Part shown: piece by piece, positions 7,615 to 16,849 of the stretch
How positions within the stretch are numbered: position 1 is the stretch's first letter
Layout: each line of letters begins with the position of its first letter
DNA from: Candidatus Micrarchaeota archaeon
Lineage (GTDB): Archaea; Micrarchaeota; Micrarchaeia; Micrarchaeales; CABMGC01
Length of the DNA stretch: 46,974 nt
NCBI GenBank assembly: GCA_021848095.1
Contig: JAJZMZ010000036.1
Coordinates: forward strand, 1-46,974
Direction: 5' to 3'
Made by a program: the position numbers and the translations under genes
Notes under the pieces: model-generated
The model's database searches: none
The model's input: the letters and a program-made list of their open reading frames with translations, nothing else
Told to the model about the DNA's origin: nothing

Positions 7615-8877
7615 GTGAAATACTTTATGCAAAAAACAAAAACATTCAGAATATCAATTATATTGACATTATTGTTATTTGGAATGACATATGCAACAAC
7701 TCCGTTTTTATGCAACTCAAAATTATTAAATAATAATCTTTACTCTGAAGTTGCATACTTTTCAAAGTACTCAATTAATAATGCAATTTCATTTTCATTA
7801 TTGGCAATATTGGCATCATTTTTCTTTGTAGCTGTTATCTATGCGATAAATAAAGTATTTCCGGAAGCTCGTTTAGGTTCATTTATAAGTAATGAGTACA
7901 AAGAAATAGTAAAATCAATATTAATAATAATCATAATTTATGGTTCATTAGCATTTTTCAGTGGTATTGCAGTTTCATTAACTGGTGCTTCAGCAGGTAC
8001 ATTCTCCACAAATCTAGGAAACCTTCTTTATAATAGTGAAGTTTACTTATGTGGTACTAATAATATTTTAACAACAGGTACTGAAAATCTTATAAGCGTT
8101 GCTTTAGCTGATGGATTGTTAAAAACATTAACAATAAGTTGGGGAGGGCTTCCGATACCTCCTGTTCCGATTCCTGGATTCGGCGCATTTCTTCCTGTAG
8201 TAAAATCAGGGGTTCAGTTTAACATACTTACTAATAATATATTCCAAACAGATTTTGTTTCAGGAACGCAGTTTGTAACCTCTGTCATGAATGATATTTT
8301 TAACAATGTCATATTCCCTGCTGTTAATTTAATAACCGTTCAAATAAGCATTCTTCCTTTATTTGAGATTATAGGTTTATGGATCTTAATACCGATTGGT
8401 TTGATATTCCGTGCACTTCCATTTATACGAGGAACAGGAGGAACATTAATTGCTTTAGGGATAGGTATTGCAATAATCTGGCCAGCAACTCTTGTGTTAT
8501 TTAATATTCCTGTATCTAACTTTTTCTATGGTTACCTGTCAGTTCACGGAGAAACTCCAACCTCTTCTTGCGCATCACTAGGTTTACTTTCTACAATATG
8601 TTCTGGATTGTCTGAGTATTCATACTACTCTCCATCAATTGCCTTAGCAAGCGCAGGAGTTTCTAGTATAGCTCCTTTCTCAATAGCACTTTCTTCGTTA
8701 TCTTCTATATATCCTGGATTGAATTACATATTGCAAAATACCCTATACATTATACTGCAAGTTTTCATACTTTTCATATTTGATTTAATAATAGCATATA
8801 CAATAACAGAAAACATAGCAAAAACATTAGGAGGATCATTAGATCTCTCATTAACTAATAAATTAAAGTTGTTTTAA
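7615..8877 (+). CDS. Cluster paralog A: polytopic membrane protein (signature-motif family)
   Basis: The 420-aa product has a signal-like N-terminus (FRISIILTLLLFGMTYATTP) and multiple TM helices. The family motif IFRALPFIRGTGGTLIALGIGIAIIWP maps to nt 8404-8484. Confidence 0.85.
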   Translation: MKYFMQKTKTFRISIILTLLLFGMTYATTPFLCNSKLLNNNLYSEVAYFSKYSINNAISFSLLAILASFFFVAVIYAINKVFPEARLGSFISNEYKEIVKSILIIIIIYGSLAFFSGIAVSLTGASAGTFSTNLGNLLYNSEVYLCGTNNILTTGTENLISVALADGLLKTLTISWGGLPIPPVPIPGFGAFLPVVKSGVQFNILTNNIFQTDFVSGTQFVTSVMNDIFNNVIFPAVNLITVQISILPLFEIIGLWILIPIGLIFRALPFIRGTGGTLIALGIGIAIIWPATLVLFNIPVSNFFYGYLSVHGETPTSSCASLGLLSTICSGLSEYSYYSPSIALASAGVSSIAPFSIALSSLSSIYPGLNYILQNTLYIILQVFILFIFDLIIAYTITENIAKTLGGSLDLSLTNKLKLF

Positions 8878-10127
8878 TGATACCATTTTTATTCGCAGTA
8901 CAGTCAACGGCATGCAACTTAGGTAATATTAATGCTAACAACTGGATTGGAATAAATGGATTAGTAATAATAGCAATGTTTTGTATCGGGGCTTTAATCT
9001 ACAGTTTAAGTTCTCTATTTCCTATACAAATTGGAAAGAAGATAAAAGGAAATGTTATTTATGAATTAAGTGAAGGAATAATTAGTCTAATAATTTTCCT
9101 TTCTTTACTTTCATTAGTATATGCGTCATGTTCTGTGGGCTCAACACTCTCAGGTCAAAGTAATTATAAAAATATCTTCCAAGCTGATGAGTATTATGTA
9201 GGCAACTTACTTTTTGTGAAAGGAACTTCTTTAGTTACACAACTTAGTTTTCAGGGAATAGCAGTAGCAATTGATGGAAATATTGTTACCTTATTATTAG
9301 GCAAGGTAACTAGCGCATTAAATAACAACTTAGGTAGTAAAAGTAGTATTTTCAATTTAGGAAGCTCCGGTTCAAGTTCTTCTGGTTCTACTGGAGCAGC
9401 TCAAATAGGTTCTGGAACAAGCAGTACAAATCCTACTGTCGGTTTTGGAGTAACTCTTGCTATGACCTCTGATGTCGAGGGATTATTCGATAGCTATGCA
9501 GGAACGTATGCGGTTTATGGATCTGGAATAGTTATAACATTTGGATTATTATTTGTTCTTTATCTTTTATTACCTATAATAACTGCATTGGCATTCACTC
9601 TTGTAGTTCCAATATCATTGATATTGAGATCATTTGGATTTTTAGGTCATGGAATAAGATCAGTATCAAATACCTTACTCGCTCTAGCAATTGCCTTTTA
9701 TATTATTTTTCCATTAACGATAAGTATGAACGCATTCATAGTTAACTGGATGTACTGTAGTAATGGCGTTACTGCTTGTAATCCTTATACGACATACACT
9801 GGAAATTATAAAATTGCAACCATACCTGTTGGTTCACTCTTTAAACAAAACACAGTTAACTTTTTGAATTACGGAGGAGTTTCTTTATCATTACCAACAA
9901 ACTTTTACGGTTCTTTAATTACTAACGGTGGAGGAGTAGGACAATCAGTTCAAAATCTTTTAGAAGGAATAATCACACTACCTAATCAAGTTGCAAGTTT
10001 TTCAACAGAGATTGCCGAGTACTTTTTTGAAGGCGTTTTATTAGTTGCAATTGATTTAATGATAACTCTTGCATTCGCACAAGGACTTACAAAAGCATTT
10101 GAACAAATACCACATTTAATAACTTAA
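8877..10127 (+). CDS. Cluster paralog B: polytopic membrane protein (divergent member)
   Basis: The 416-aa product starts in an ATGA overlap with the previous stop. It has a Gly/Ser-rich loop (GSSGSSSSGSTGAAQIGSGTSS). The motif variant ILRSFGFLGHGIRSVSNTLLALAIAFYIIFP maps to nt 9621-9713. Confidence 0.85.
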   Translation: MIPFLFAVQSTACNLGNINANNWIGINGLVIIAMFCIGALIYSLSSLFPIQIGKKIKGNVIYELSEGIISLIIFLSLLSLVYASCSVGSTLSGQSNYKNIFQADEYYVGNLLFVKGTSLVTQLSFQGIAVAIDGNIVTLLLGKVTSALNNNLGSKSSIFNLGSSGSSSSGSTGAAQIGSGTSSTNPTVGFGVTLAMTSDVEGLFDSYAGTYAVYGSGIVITFGLLFVLYLLLPIITALAFTLVVPISLILRSFGFLGHGIRSVSNTLLALAIAFYIIFPLTISMNAFIVNWMYCSNGVTACNPYTTYTGNYKIATIPVGSLFKQNTVNFLNYGGVSLSLPTNFYGSLITNGGGVGQSVQNLLEGIITLPNQVASFSTEIAEYFFEGVLLVAIDLMITLAFAQGLTKAFEQIPHLIT

Positions 10128-10145
10128 ATGAAATAAGAAGATATT

Positions 10146-11588
10146 ATGGATAAAAAAATTAACTTAAAAATTTCAAAAATTCTGTTAAGTTTATTTTTAA
10201 TCTTTTTAATATTAAATGTAAGTTCAGCTTCAACAACTACCAATTATAATTTAGAAACTCCTATCTCACAATTCCAAGCATGGTTTCCTATAATAACACT
10301 TGCAGTTATAGCAAGTTTTTCAGTAGTAATACTTTATTTTGTGTTGGGTTATGTCCTTAATAATAAGAACATGATTGGAGGAGCAAAATTAGAGATGCAA
10401 AAGGTTTTGTTTACAATAGTTGTAATGGTTATAATTATTTTATTATTAAATTATGTAGGGACGGCAGAGTACTCTACATCTTTAATATCAAAAAGTTCTA
10501 TACAAACAATCTGTAATCAATTAAATAATCCAAACACTGATAACTCTCTTGCATTTGTTAGTTCTGCAGAAAGTGTCAACTCTCCAACTTATAACATCTG
10601 TTCGGGATTGATAGCTAATGCAGGAGGTAAAAGTATTACCTCAAATCTAGATTATGGCCTTGCTTCTACTTATGTGATATTATCAAATCTCACGAATCAA
10701 GCAGCTAATAATCTGAATGCAATTTACGTTTATAGGACTTACATAGGATTTTTATCAAACTTTAAAGCTACTGATGGTCTATGTTTTCCACAAGAGACGT
10801 GCTTAGCTGGCGGAGAAGCTGCATCATTCAGTGTTGATTATGGTTACAGTCCTTTTGCAGGATATAATCCATTAGTTACTCGTTCTACAGAGTTTGTTTC
10901 AAACCAATCAACATTGATATTTTATCTTTTCATAATGCAATTACTTTTTGTATTATTAGTTATTTATGGTTGGCCATACATTCTTGCTGGGGGTTTAATA
11001 TTAAGCGCATCTACACTAACTAGAAAAGCAGGAGGTTTCTTAATTGCATTTGTTGTTTCAGCTCTTATAATATTTCCAATGATTTATCTTATGGAGTACA
11101 CTGCATTTACTTCAAACACATTATCTCCAATAGGTACAACATCATTACCTTCTCTTCAATTAACTGGAAAAACATTTAATTCAAAGATCATAACTTATGA
11201 TGGTACAAGTGCAAATTTCTTTGTATTTCCAAACGCTGCTTACGTGCTTAATTATGATGGTTGTTGGCCTCATGGCGGGTTAGTTGCACAAGAGTTACTT
11301 GTAGTTGGTGCTTATAGTGTGCCAATATACGGACTTGTTCTTGGACTTGTAAATGTATTTGGTTCATTTGGAAGTAATCAGATTAATATTCCAATACCTT
11401 TCTTTAGTTGTAATCCATCTAATGCTATAAACTCAATATTTGATTTGATGAATCTTTACGGAATCATGTCTGTTGTAGGTTTCATATTCCCATTATTGAA
11501 CATATTCATAGGCATCACTGCTACTATAGGAATATCGCAATTATTAGGCGGAACAACAAGCATACTAGGATTAAATAAATTATTATAG
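10146..11588 (+). CDS. Cluster paralog C: polytopic membrane protein
   Basis: The 480-aa product has a signal-like N-terminus and the conserved early TM WFPIITLAVIASF. It also has a Cys-containing ectoloop. The motif ILSASTLTRKAGGFLIAFVVSALIIFP maps to nt 10998-11078. Confidence 0.85.
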   Translation: MDKKINLKISKILLSLFLIFLILNVSSASTTTNYNLETPISQFQAWFPIITLAVIASFSVVILYFVLGYVLNNKNMIGGAKLEMQKVLFTIVVMVIIILLLNYVGTAEYSTSLISKSSIQTICNQLNNPNTDNSLAFVSSAESVNSPTYNICSGLIANAGGKSITSNLDYGLASTYVILSNLTNQAANNLNAIYVYRTYIGFLSNFKATDGLCFPQETCLAGGEAASFSVDYGYSPFAGYNPLVTRSTEFVSNQSTLIFYLFIMQLLFVLLVIYGWPYILAGGLILSASTLTRKAGGFLIAFVVSALIIFPMIYLMEYTAFTSNTLSPIGTTSLPSLQLTGKTFNSKIITYDGTSANFFVFPNAAYVLNYDGCWPHGGLVAQELLVVGAYSVPIYGLVLGLVNVFGSFGSNQINIPIPFFSCNPSNAINSIFDLMNLYGIMSVVGFIFPLLNIFIGITATIGISQLLGGTTSILGLNKLL

Positions 11589-11598
11589 TTGAAATATT

Positions 11599-12840
11599 AT
11601 GTTGAAAAAAAAGATTTTATTGTTTCTTTTCATTTCAATGTTATTCGTAAGTTTATCTGGAGCATCACAAACATATTGTAGTGACCTTTTCAATAATGTA
11701 CACGGAATTGTTAGTAATACGGTTTATAATTTATCTACATTTAATGCGTTAATCTCTTTTACTGGATTAATAATAATTGCAGTATTGCTTGTTATGTCCT
11801 TAATTTACGGTTTAGGGGTGGCTTTAGGTTTAGATAGTTTTAAACAATTTGCAAAAACAGAGTATGTAGAATCGTTTGTTAATTTATTAATTTTAATGTT
11901 TGTTGTAGGATCTATTTTTACATCAAGCAATGCTGTTTTATTTTTTTCTAATGTTGTTTCCTCTGCAATACCTTCTCAAACTCAATCGGGAACTGCTCAA
12001 TTAGGATCATCACAGTCATCTTCATTAGGTATAAAGGGAGTATATTTAACTATCTGTAATAATATCCTTGATGTACAGGTATTGACTGGAATCTCTATTT
12101 TGATAGGTACTTACTTACAGCTTATCTTCTATCAAATCCTTTCAGGTTTAGAAATAAGCTTTAGTTTTTCAGGCACGCACTCATTTTCACTAGGAAATCT
12201 TATACCTAGTTTTTCAATATCTCCTTTTGCTGGTTTAGGAATAACACAGGCATTTATTTATAACGAGTTTTCAGCTTTAAGTGCATTCATAGGAGTAAGT
12301 ATTGGAACAATAATCTTACTCTTCGTAATTTATTTCCTATTTCCAATTCTTTTCTTTGTCGGAGTTCTTTTTAGGTCATTTCCTTGGACACGAGCTGCAG
12401 GAGGTTCTTTAATAGCATTATTTATAGCATTTTTCATAATATTCCCTTCAATACTTTCTGCATTTACATTTTCAACAGCGTCTAATATTTTATCAAATAT
12501 AAATTCACTATGTTCTTCTTCAAATGGCGTTGGTTCAAGCGCTAGTAATCCATGTTTTTCATCAAAAGGTCTTGATTTAGTTTCATTTGCGCAAGAGTAT
12601 GGTTTAGGTTATTTATCTGGAGGTTCTACTGGATCATTTATTACTGGATTTTTATTCAAAAATGGTTTTTACTTTGATTCTAATATTGCATTGTATTCAG
12701 AAGAAGTTTCATTTTATGTAATCATGCTTATAGGTTTATTTATATCATTTCTTATATCGTATGATTTACTTGGAATATTGACAAGAATTTTAGGTTCGCC
12801 ATCATTTAAGGCGAAAAGTATATTTGGAAAGATTGTATGA
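11599..12840 (+). CDS. Cluster paralog D: polytopic membrane protein
   Basis: The 413-aa product has the signal-like N-terminus MLKKKILLFLFISMLFVSLSGAS. The motif LFRSFPWTRAAGGSLIALFIAFFIIFP maps to nt 12367-12447. Confidence 0.85.
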   Translation: MLKKKILLFLFISMLFVSLSGASQTYCSDLFNNVHGIVSNTVYNLSTFNALISFTGLIIIAVLLVMSLIYGLGVALGLDSFKQFAKTEYVESFVNLLILMFVVGSIFTSSNAVLFFSNVVSSAIPSQTQSGTAQLGSSQSSSLGIKGVYLTICNNILDVQVLTGISILIGTYLQLIFYQILSGLEISFSFSGTHSFSLGNLIPSFSISPFAGLGITQAFIYNEFSALSAFIGVSIGTIILLFVIYFLFPILFFVGVLFRSFPWTRAAGGSLIALFIAFFIIFPSILSAFTFSTASNILSNINSLCSSSNGVGSSASNPCFSSKGLDLVSFAQEYGLGYLSGGSTGSFITGFLFKNGFYFDSNIALYSEEVSFYVIMLIGLFISFLISYDLLGILTRILGSPSFKAKSIFGKIV

Positions 12841-13949
12841 GTTTATTGCCTCAAAGTTTAATGGTATTTGTTGTAAACAGCTGCATAAGTAGTGTAAACT
12901 ACTTTTTGACATCACCTTATACTACATGGTTTCCAGTTGTAACATTAGCCGTTCTAGCAAGCTTTACAATTTTAATAATAATTTACTCATTATCTACTAT
13001 TATAAATGCAGGAAAAGTTAGAAGCTGGATAAAAAATAAATTCCTTGATTTATTCATAACACTTATTCTCATAATGTCATTTGGAACTGTATCTACTTTG
13101 ATATGTGCAAGTAATCCTACTCCTTATTTTTCAAAAGCAGGTTTACTTCCTACTGCTTGTAATATCTCATCGGTAAATGACATATATGCACTTTCTCTAT
13201 GTGATTTAAATCAATTTAATACATACACTCTTCAGTTCAATCAATATCTTTACTTTTTACTTTTGATGTTTTCAATAACTCCTAAAGTTTCAGGTTCTTT
13301 ATCAATAGGTCTGAATGGTAACGCAGGTATTGCTGGAATAAATCCAAAGTTAACTGCAAATACAGGGGCGGTAGATCTTGATCCTTTTGGAAAAATAAAT
13401 AAGTTTGACGGATTCATAATGCCTGCTCTTTACTCATTAGCTTTACTTAATGAAGTAGAGCTTCTTTTGCTTTCTGCATCTCCATTACTTTTTGCTATAT
13501 TCATTGCAATAGGTTTAATCGCACGCTCATTTGAGATTACTAGAACATTTGGTAATGGCATGATAGCCTTTGCGATAGGAGTCGGATTTATATTTCCAAT
13601 AATAATTAGTCTTAATTATGGATTTATGGATTACAGCGTACAAAATTCCTTGACATTAGGTTTTGGAAACGCAGCTTCTGGAATAACACCTGCACTACTT
13701 CCTATAGCTAATCCTGTTGTTGTATTTTTATCTGCAGCTGTTGGATTTGCAACAGGTAGTGGTTCACCATTAGGCCAAGCAGCTACATTAATACCAGAAT
13801 ATTTATTTGCCTATTTGGGTTTAATAGTTATTGGGATAACGATAATACCTTTATTGACATTTACCATAGTTACTTCATTTGTTTCTGATTTCTCAGGAGC
13901 TCTAGGAGAAAGATTTGATTTAGGTAACTTATTGATAAATTTATTGTGA
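12837..13949 (+). CDS. Cluster paralog E: polytopic membrane protein
   Basis: The 370-aa product starts in an ATGA overlap with the previous gene. It has the early TM WFPVVTLAVLASF. The motif LIARSFEITRTFGNGMIAFAIGVGFIFP maps to nt 13515-13598. Confidence 0.85.
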   Translation: MSLLPQSLMVFVVNSCISSVNYFLTSPYTTWFPVVTLAVLASFTILIIIYSLSTIINAGKVRSWIKNKFLDLFITLILIMSFGTVSTLICASNPTPYFSKAGLLPTACNISSVNDIYALSLCDLNQFNTYTLQFNQYLYFLLLMFSITPKVSGSLSIGLNGNAGIAGINPKLTANTGAVDLDPFGKINKFDGFIMPALYSLALLNEVELLLLSASPLLFAIFIAIGLIARSFEITRTFGNGMIAFAIGVGFIFPIIISLNYGFMDYSVQNSLTLGFGNAASGITPALLPIANPVVVFLSAAVGFATGSGSPLGQAATLIPEYLFAYLGLIVIGITIIPLLTFTIVTSFVSDFSGALGERFDLGNLLINLL

Positions 13950-13953
13950 TTTA

Positions 13954-15042
13954 ATGAAGAAACAATTAATACTTGTAATTTCAATCCTTGTTTTGTTACT
14001 ACAAGTAAGTTTTGTTTATTCAGCAACAACACCTTCGCAACAATACTGTAGTTCACAAAGCATAACTAATCAAAACGCTCCATGGTACTGTAATCAAATA
14101 AATCAAGCTATGGTTTCTTATTGGGAGAAATGGAGTCCGATAGCGTATCTTGCGCTTTTTGTATCATTTGACATTGCATTAGTTATTTACCTGGCAAGTG
14201 TTTTACTAGGAAATGACCAACTTAAAAATATCGCTTACTCTGAGTTTTATGAAGCAATAGCAACTGGACTTATAGTTATAGGTTTTCTTTCTTTAAGCGC
14301 AACAATTCTAGGTTTAGGTCCATCACTAATTGTAAATGCTAATCCTTATACAACATCATTATCTTACATAAGTAGTACTATAGCTTCTACAAAAACAGTG
14401 GTACTTCAACTCTTCACTATATCACAAAAGGATTACATATATACTACATCTTCAGTTGACTTTTGTATCTCAACATCTGTGTCTTCATATTGTATATCTA
14501 ATGTTTTGGGCGTGTTTAGTTTTGCCATAACTTATTTATTCATAATTCCTGCTTCAACATTAATTTCATTCCTTATGGACGGTTTAACTCTACTATATGG
14601 TGAGTTTTACTTAATACTTTTGTTCATGTATGCTGCAATACCTGTGTTCTTAATTCCTGGAATAATTCTGAGAGCTATTTTGCCTACAAGGGCATTAGGC
14701 GGTTTAATGATAGCGATAGCAATTGGATTTTATCTTATAATACCTACTTTATTCTCTGTTGCATTTTACTTTACTAATACAAATCTGTTAAATCAACTTA
14801 ACTCTCAAAGTTCATTTTTAGCAACACACTCATCAGGAGGAAATGCACAAGCAAATGCTGCTTACCAAACATCTCCTTTAGTTATTGAGTTACACTTAGC
14901 CCAACAAGGATTAGGTTCATTTTGGTTATCTGTATTATTTTATCCAATACTGATATTTGCTATGACTTACGCAATAATTACTCAATTAGCGCAGTTCATA
15001 GGAGGGGCAATACAATCATCTTCAAGATTAAAGATAATATGA
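13954..15042 (+). CDS. Cluster paralog F: polytopic membrane protein
   Basis: The 362-aa product has the signal-like N-terminus MKKQLILVISILVLLLQVSFVYSA. The motif IILRAILPTRALGGLMIAIAIGFYLIIP maps to nt 14662-14745. Confidence 0.85.
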   Translation: MKKQLILVISILVLLLQVSFVYSATTPSQQYCSSQSITNQNAPWYCNQINQAMVSYWEKWSPIAYLALFVSFDIALVIYLASVLLGNDQLKNIAYSEFYEAIATGLIVIGFLSLSATILGLGPSLIVNANPYTTSLSYISSTIASTKTVVLQLFTISQKDYIYTTSSVDFCISTSVSSYCISNVLGVFSFAITYLFIIPASTLISFLMDGLTLLYGEFYLILLFMYAAIPVFLIPGIILRAILPTRALGGLMIAIAIGFYLIIPTLFSVAFYFTNTNLLNQLNSQSSFLATHSSGGNAQANAAYQTSPLVIELHLAQQGLGSFWLSVLFYPILIFAMTYAIITQLAQFIGGAIQSSSRLKII

Positions 15043-15142
15043 TATTTTTTATTTCTTATAATTAAGTTTACCTCTAAAATAGATATATTTATATTTGCGT
15101 GTTTTATTTATATTATTACATAATGAGTTGTTAAATTTGGCT

Positions 15143-15967
15143 ATGAAAACTAATATGCTTATATTCACAATTTTTATTGCAATCAGTGTTCTGTTTGCAG
15201 TGGGCACATTAGTAAGTACAAATGCAATTTTAACGATTTTATTTTCAATAATTGCGTTATTCTTCTCAGTACTTGGTTTTTCAACAAGATTTTATACTTA
15301 TTTATACATTCCATTATTCAAATCTAGAAAAAGAAATATTGTTTTAAGTAATAATGAAGCATTTTTATTGTCTCCTTCGGGGAATACAATAATTGTAAAT
15401 GACTCTGCAGGAACTTACGCTACTGCTTTTGTTAAAATACCTATTTACAGATCTTCTACAGAAATGACAGAATCTGAAAAGTTAGATTTGGGTAGAACAT
15501 TTAGTAGAGTTTTAACACTTACAAAAGAAACAACTAAGTTTTCATCAGAGATGTATGTTGTAAATAAAGATGAATACATAAATAGAGTAAGATCAAAGTT
15601 ACAAGATACCTCTGAAAAATTAAGAGAAGAGCAAGCTTCAGAATCTCCTAGTCCTGAAAAATTAGGTCGTTTAAAAGGAGAGTTAACTATGTGGGAAAAC
15701 TTAATATCAAACATTAGTAGTTCTAGGTCTGAGTCATTAGTTACTTATAATATGATAAGTGCATTCGGTCTAAATGAAGAAGAAGCATCTAGTATAGCTT
15801 ATCAAAAAGCAGAAGAAATTGCGGCAGGAATAAGTGCCGCTTTAGGCGTTACTGCTTACATTGCAGAAGGAGAGGAGTTGTTGTCTTTAATAGAACCAAA
15901 TTACATGATACCTGTAGAAACAGTCAATGAAATAATAAGACAAAAGAGCATAAAAGAGGGAATATAG
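15143..15967 (+). CDS. Cluster protein 8: two N-terminal TM helices plus cytoplasmic domain (possible VirB3/VirB4-N-like)
   Basis: I prefer the ATG at 15143 (MKTNMLIFTIFIAISVLFAVG...) over the track's upstream TTG at 15095. Two TM helices are followed by a soluble domain of about 210 aa that is homologous by eye to the next gene. Confidence 0.75.
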   Translation: MKTNMLIFTIFIAISVLFAVGTLVSTNAILTILFSIIALFFSVLGFSTRFYTYLYIPLFKSRKRNIVLSNNEAFLLSPSGNTIIVNDSAGTYATAFVKIPIYRSSTEMTESEKLDLGRTFSRVLTLTKETTKFSSEMYVVNKDEYINRVRSKLQDTSEKLREEQASESPSPEKLGRLKGELTMWENLISNISSSRSESLVTYNMISAFGLNEEEASSIAYQKAEEIAAGISAALGVTAYIAEGEELLSLIEPNYMIPVETVNEIIRQKSIKEGI

Positions 15968-15975
15968 GGGATAAA

Positions 15976-16803
15976 ATGGATGAACAAACAATAATGTATT
16001 TAGGAGTATCGGCAATAACTCCATTTGTATTGTTAGTTTCTGCATCTAGTCTGGGTTCTTTAGGTATAATTATCGATTTATTTGCAGTTATTGCAGTTGC
16101 ACTTATATTAATGTTAAATTATGCAGATTTTCTTATATTTCCTGCAGTGACAAAACTTTTAGGAATAAGAATACAGTTATCAAAAGAACATTACTGTTTA
16201 AAAGAACAAAACGCTATACTGAAGTACACTGGTGGAATTTACTATGCAACTGGATATCTCACAGCTAATATATACAATTACGTTTTCAATGCAGAGTCTT
16301 CTAATCCTAACTCAGATGACGATCAAATTTCATTAGCTCCTGAAAAATGGGAAAGAATACTAATGAATGTTGATTTTCCATTTAAATTTAATGTAATAAC
16401 TGATGCAAAAGATGTTCAAAAATACAGAGAAGATTTAGAAGGAGAAAGAGGTTTCTTAGAGTTTCAATTATCTAGAGAATCTAATTCATCAAATCCAAAT
16501 CAAATGACACTTACAGAGTTAGAACGAAAAATAAATGTTACACAAGCAAAAATAGATAAGATGTCTTCTGGAGAACTGCCTTTGAATACAATAATGTATA
16601 TAGAAACAACAGCAGTTGGTATAAGTGAAAAAGATGCAGTTGACGCACTAACGAATCAATTAAATAGATTAGAAACAGTTTTTCATACATTTGATGTAAA
16701 TATTTTAAGAGTAGTTGGAAGAGAGATACACACATTGTATAAATTAAATTATCTTTTATACGAACCTCAATTAATTGAAAAGTTATTCAACCATCAAAAA
16801 TAA
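15976..16803 (+). CDS. Cluster protein 9: paralog of protein 8 (two TM helices plus cytoplasmic domain)
   Basis: The 275-aa product has an SD-like GGGGAT 4 nt upstream. Its layout matches protein 8: G-x-Y-x-A-T/G block, F-x-F/V block, charged helical segment and C-terminal hydrophobic-acidic segment. Confidence 0.75.
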   Translation: MDEQTIMYLGVSAITPFVLLVSASSLGSLGIIIDLFAVIAVALILMLNYADFLIFPAVTKLLGIRIQLSKEHYCLKEQNAILKYTGGIYYATGYLTANIYNYVFNAESSNPNSDDDQISLAPEKWERILMNVDFPFKFNVITDAKDVQKYREDLEGERGFLEFQLSRESNSSNPNQMTLTELERKINVTQAKIDKMSSGELPLNTIMYIETTAVGISEKDAVDALTNQLNRLETVFHTFDVNILRVVGREIHTLYKLNYLLYEPQLIEKLFNHQK

Positions 16804-16849
16804 TTTTATAAAATACTACTAATTTAAATAATATTATTGTTAATGATAA

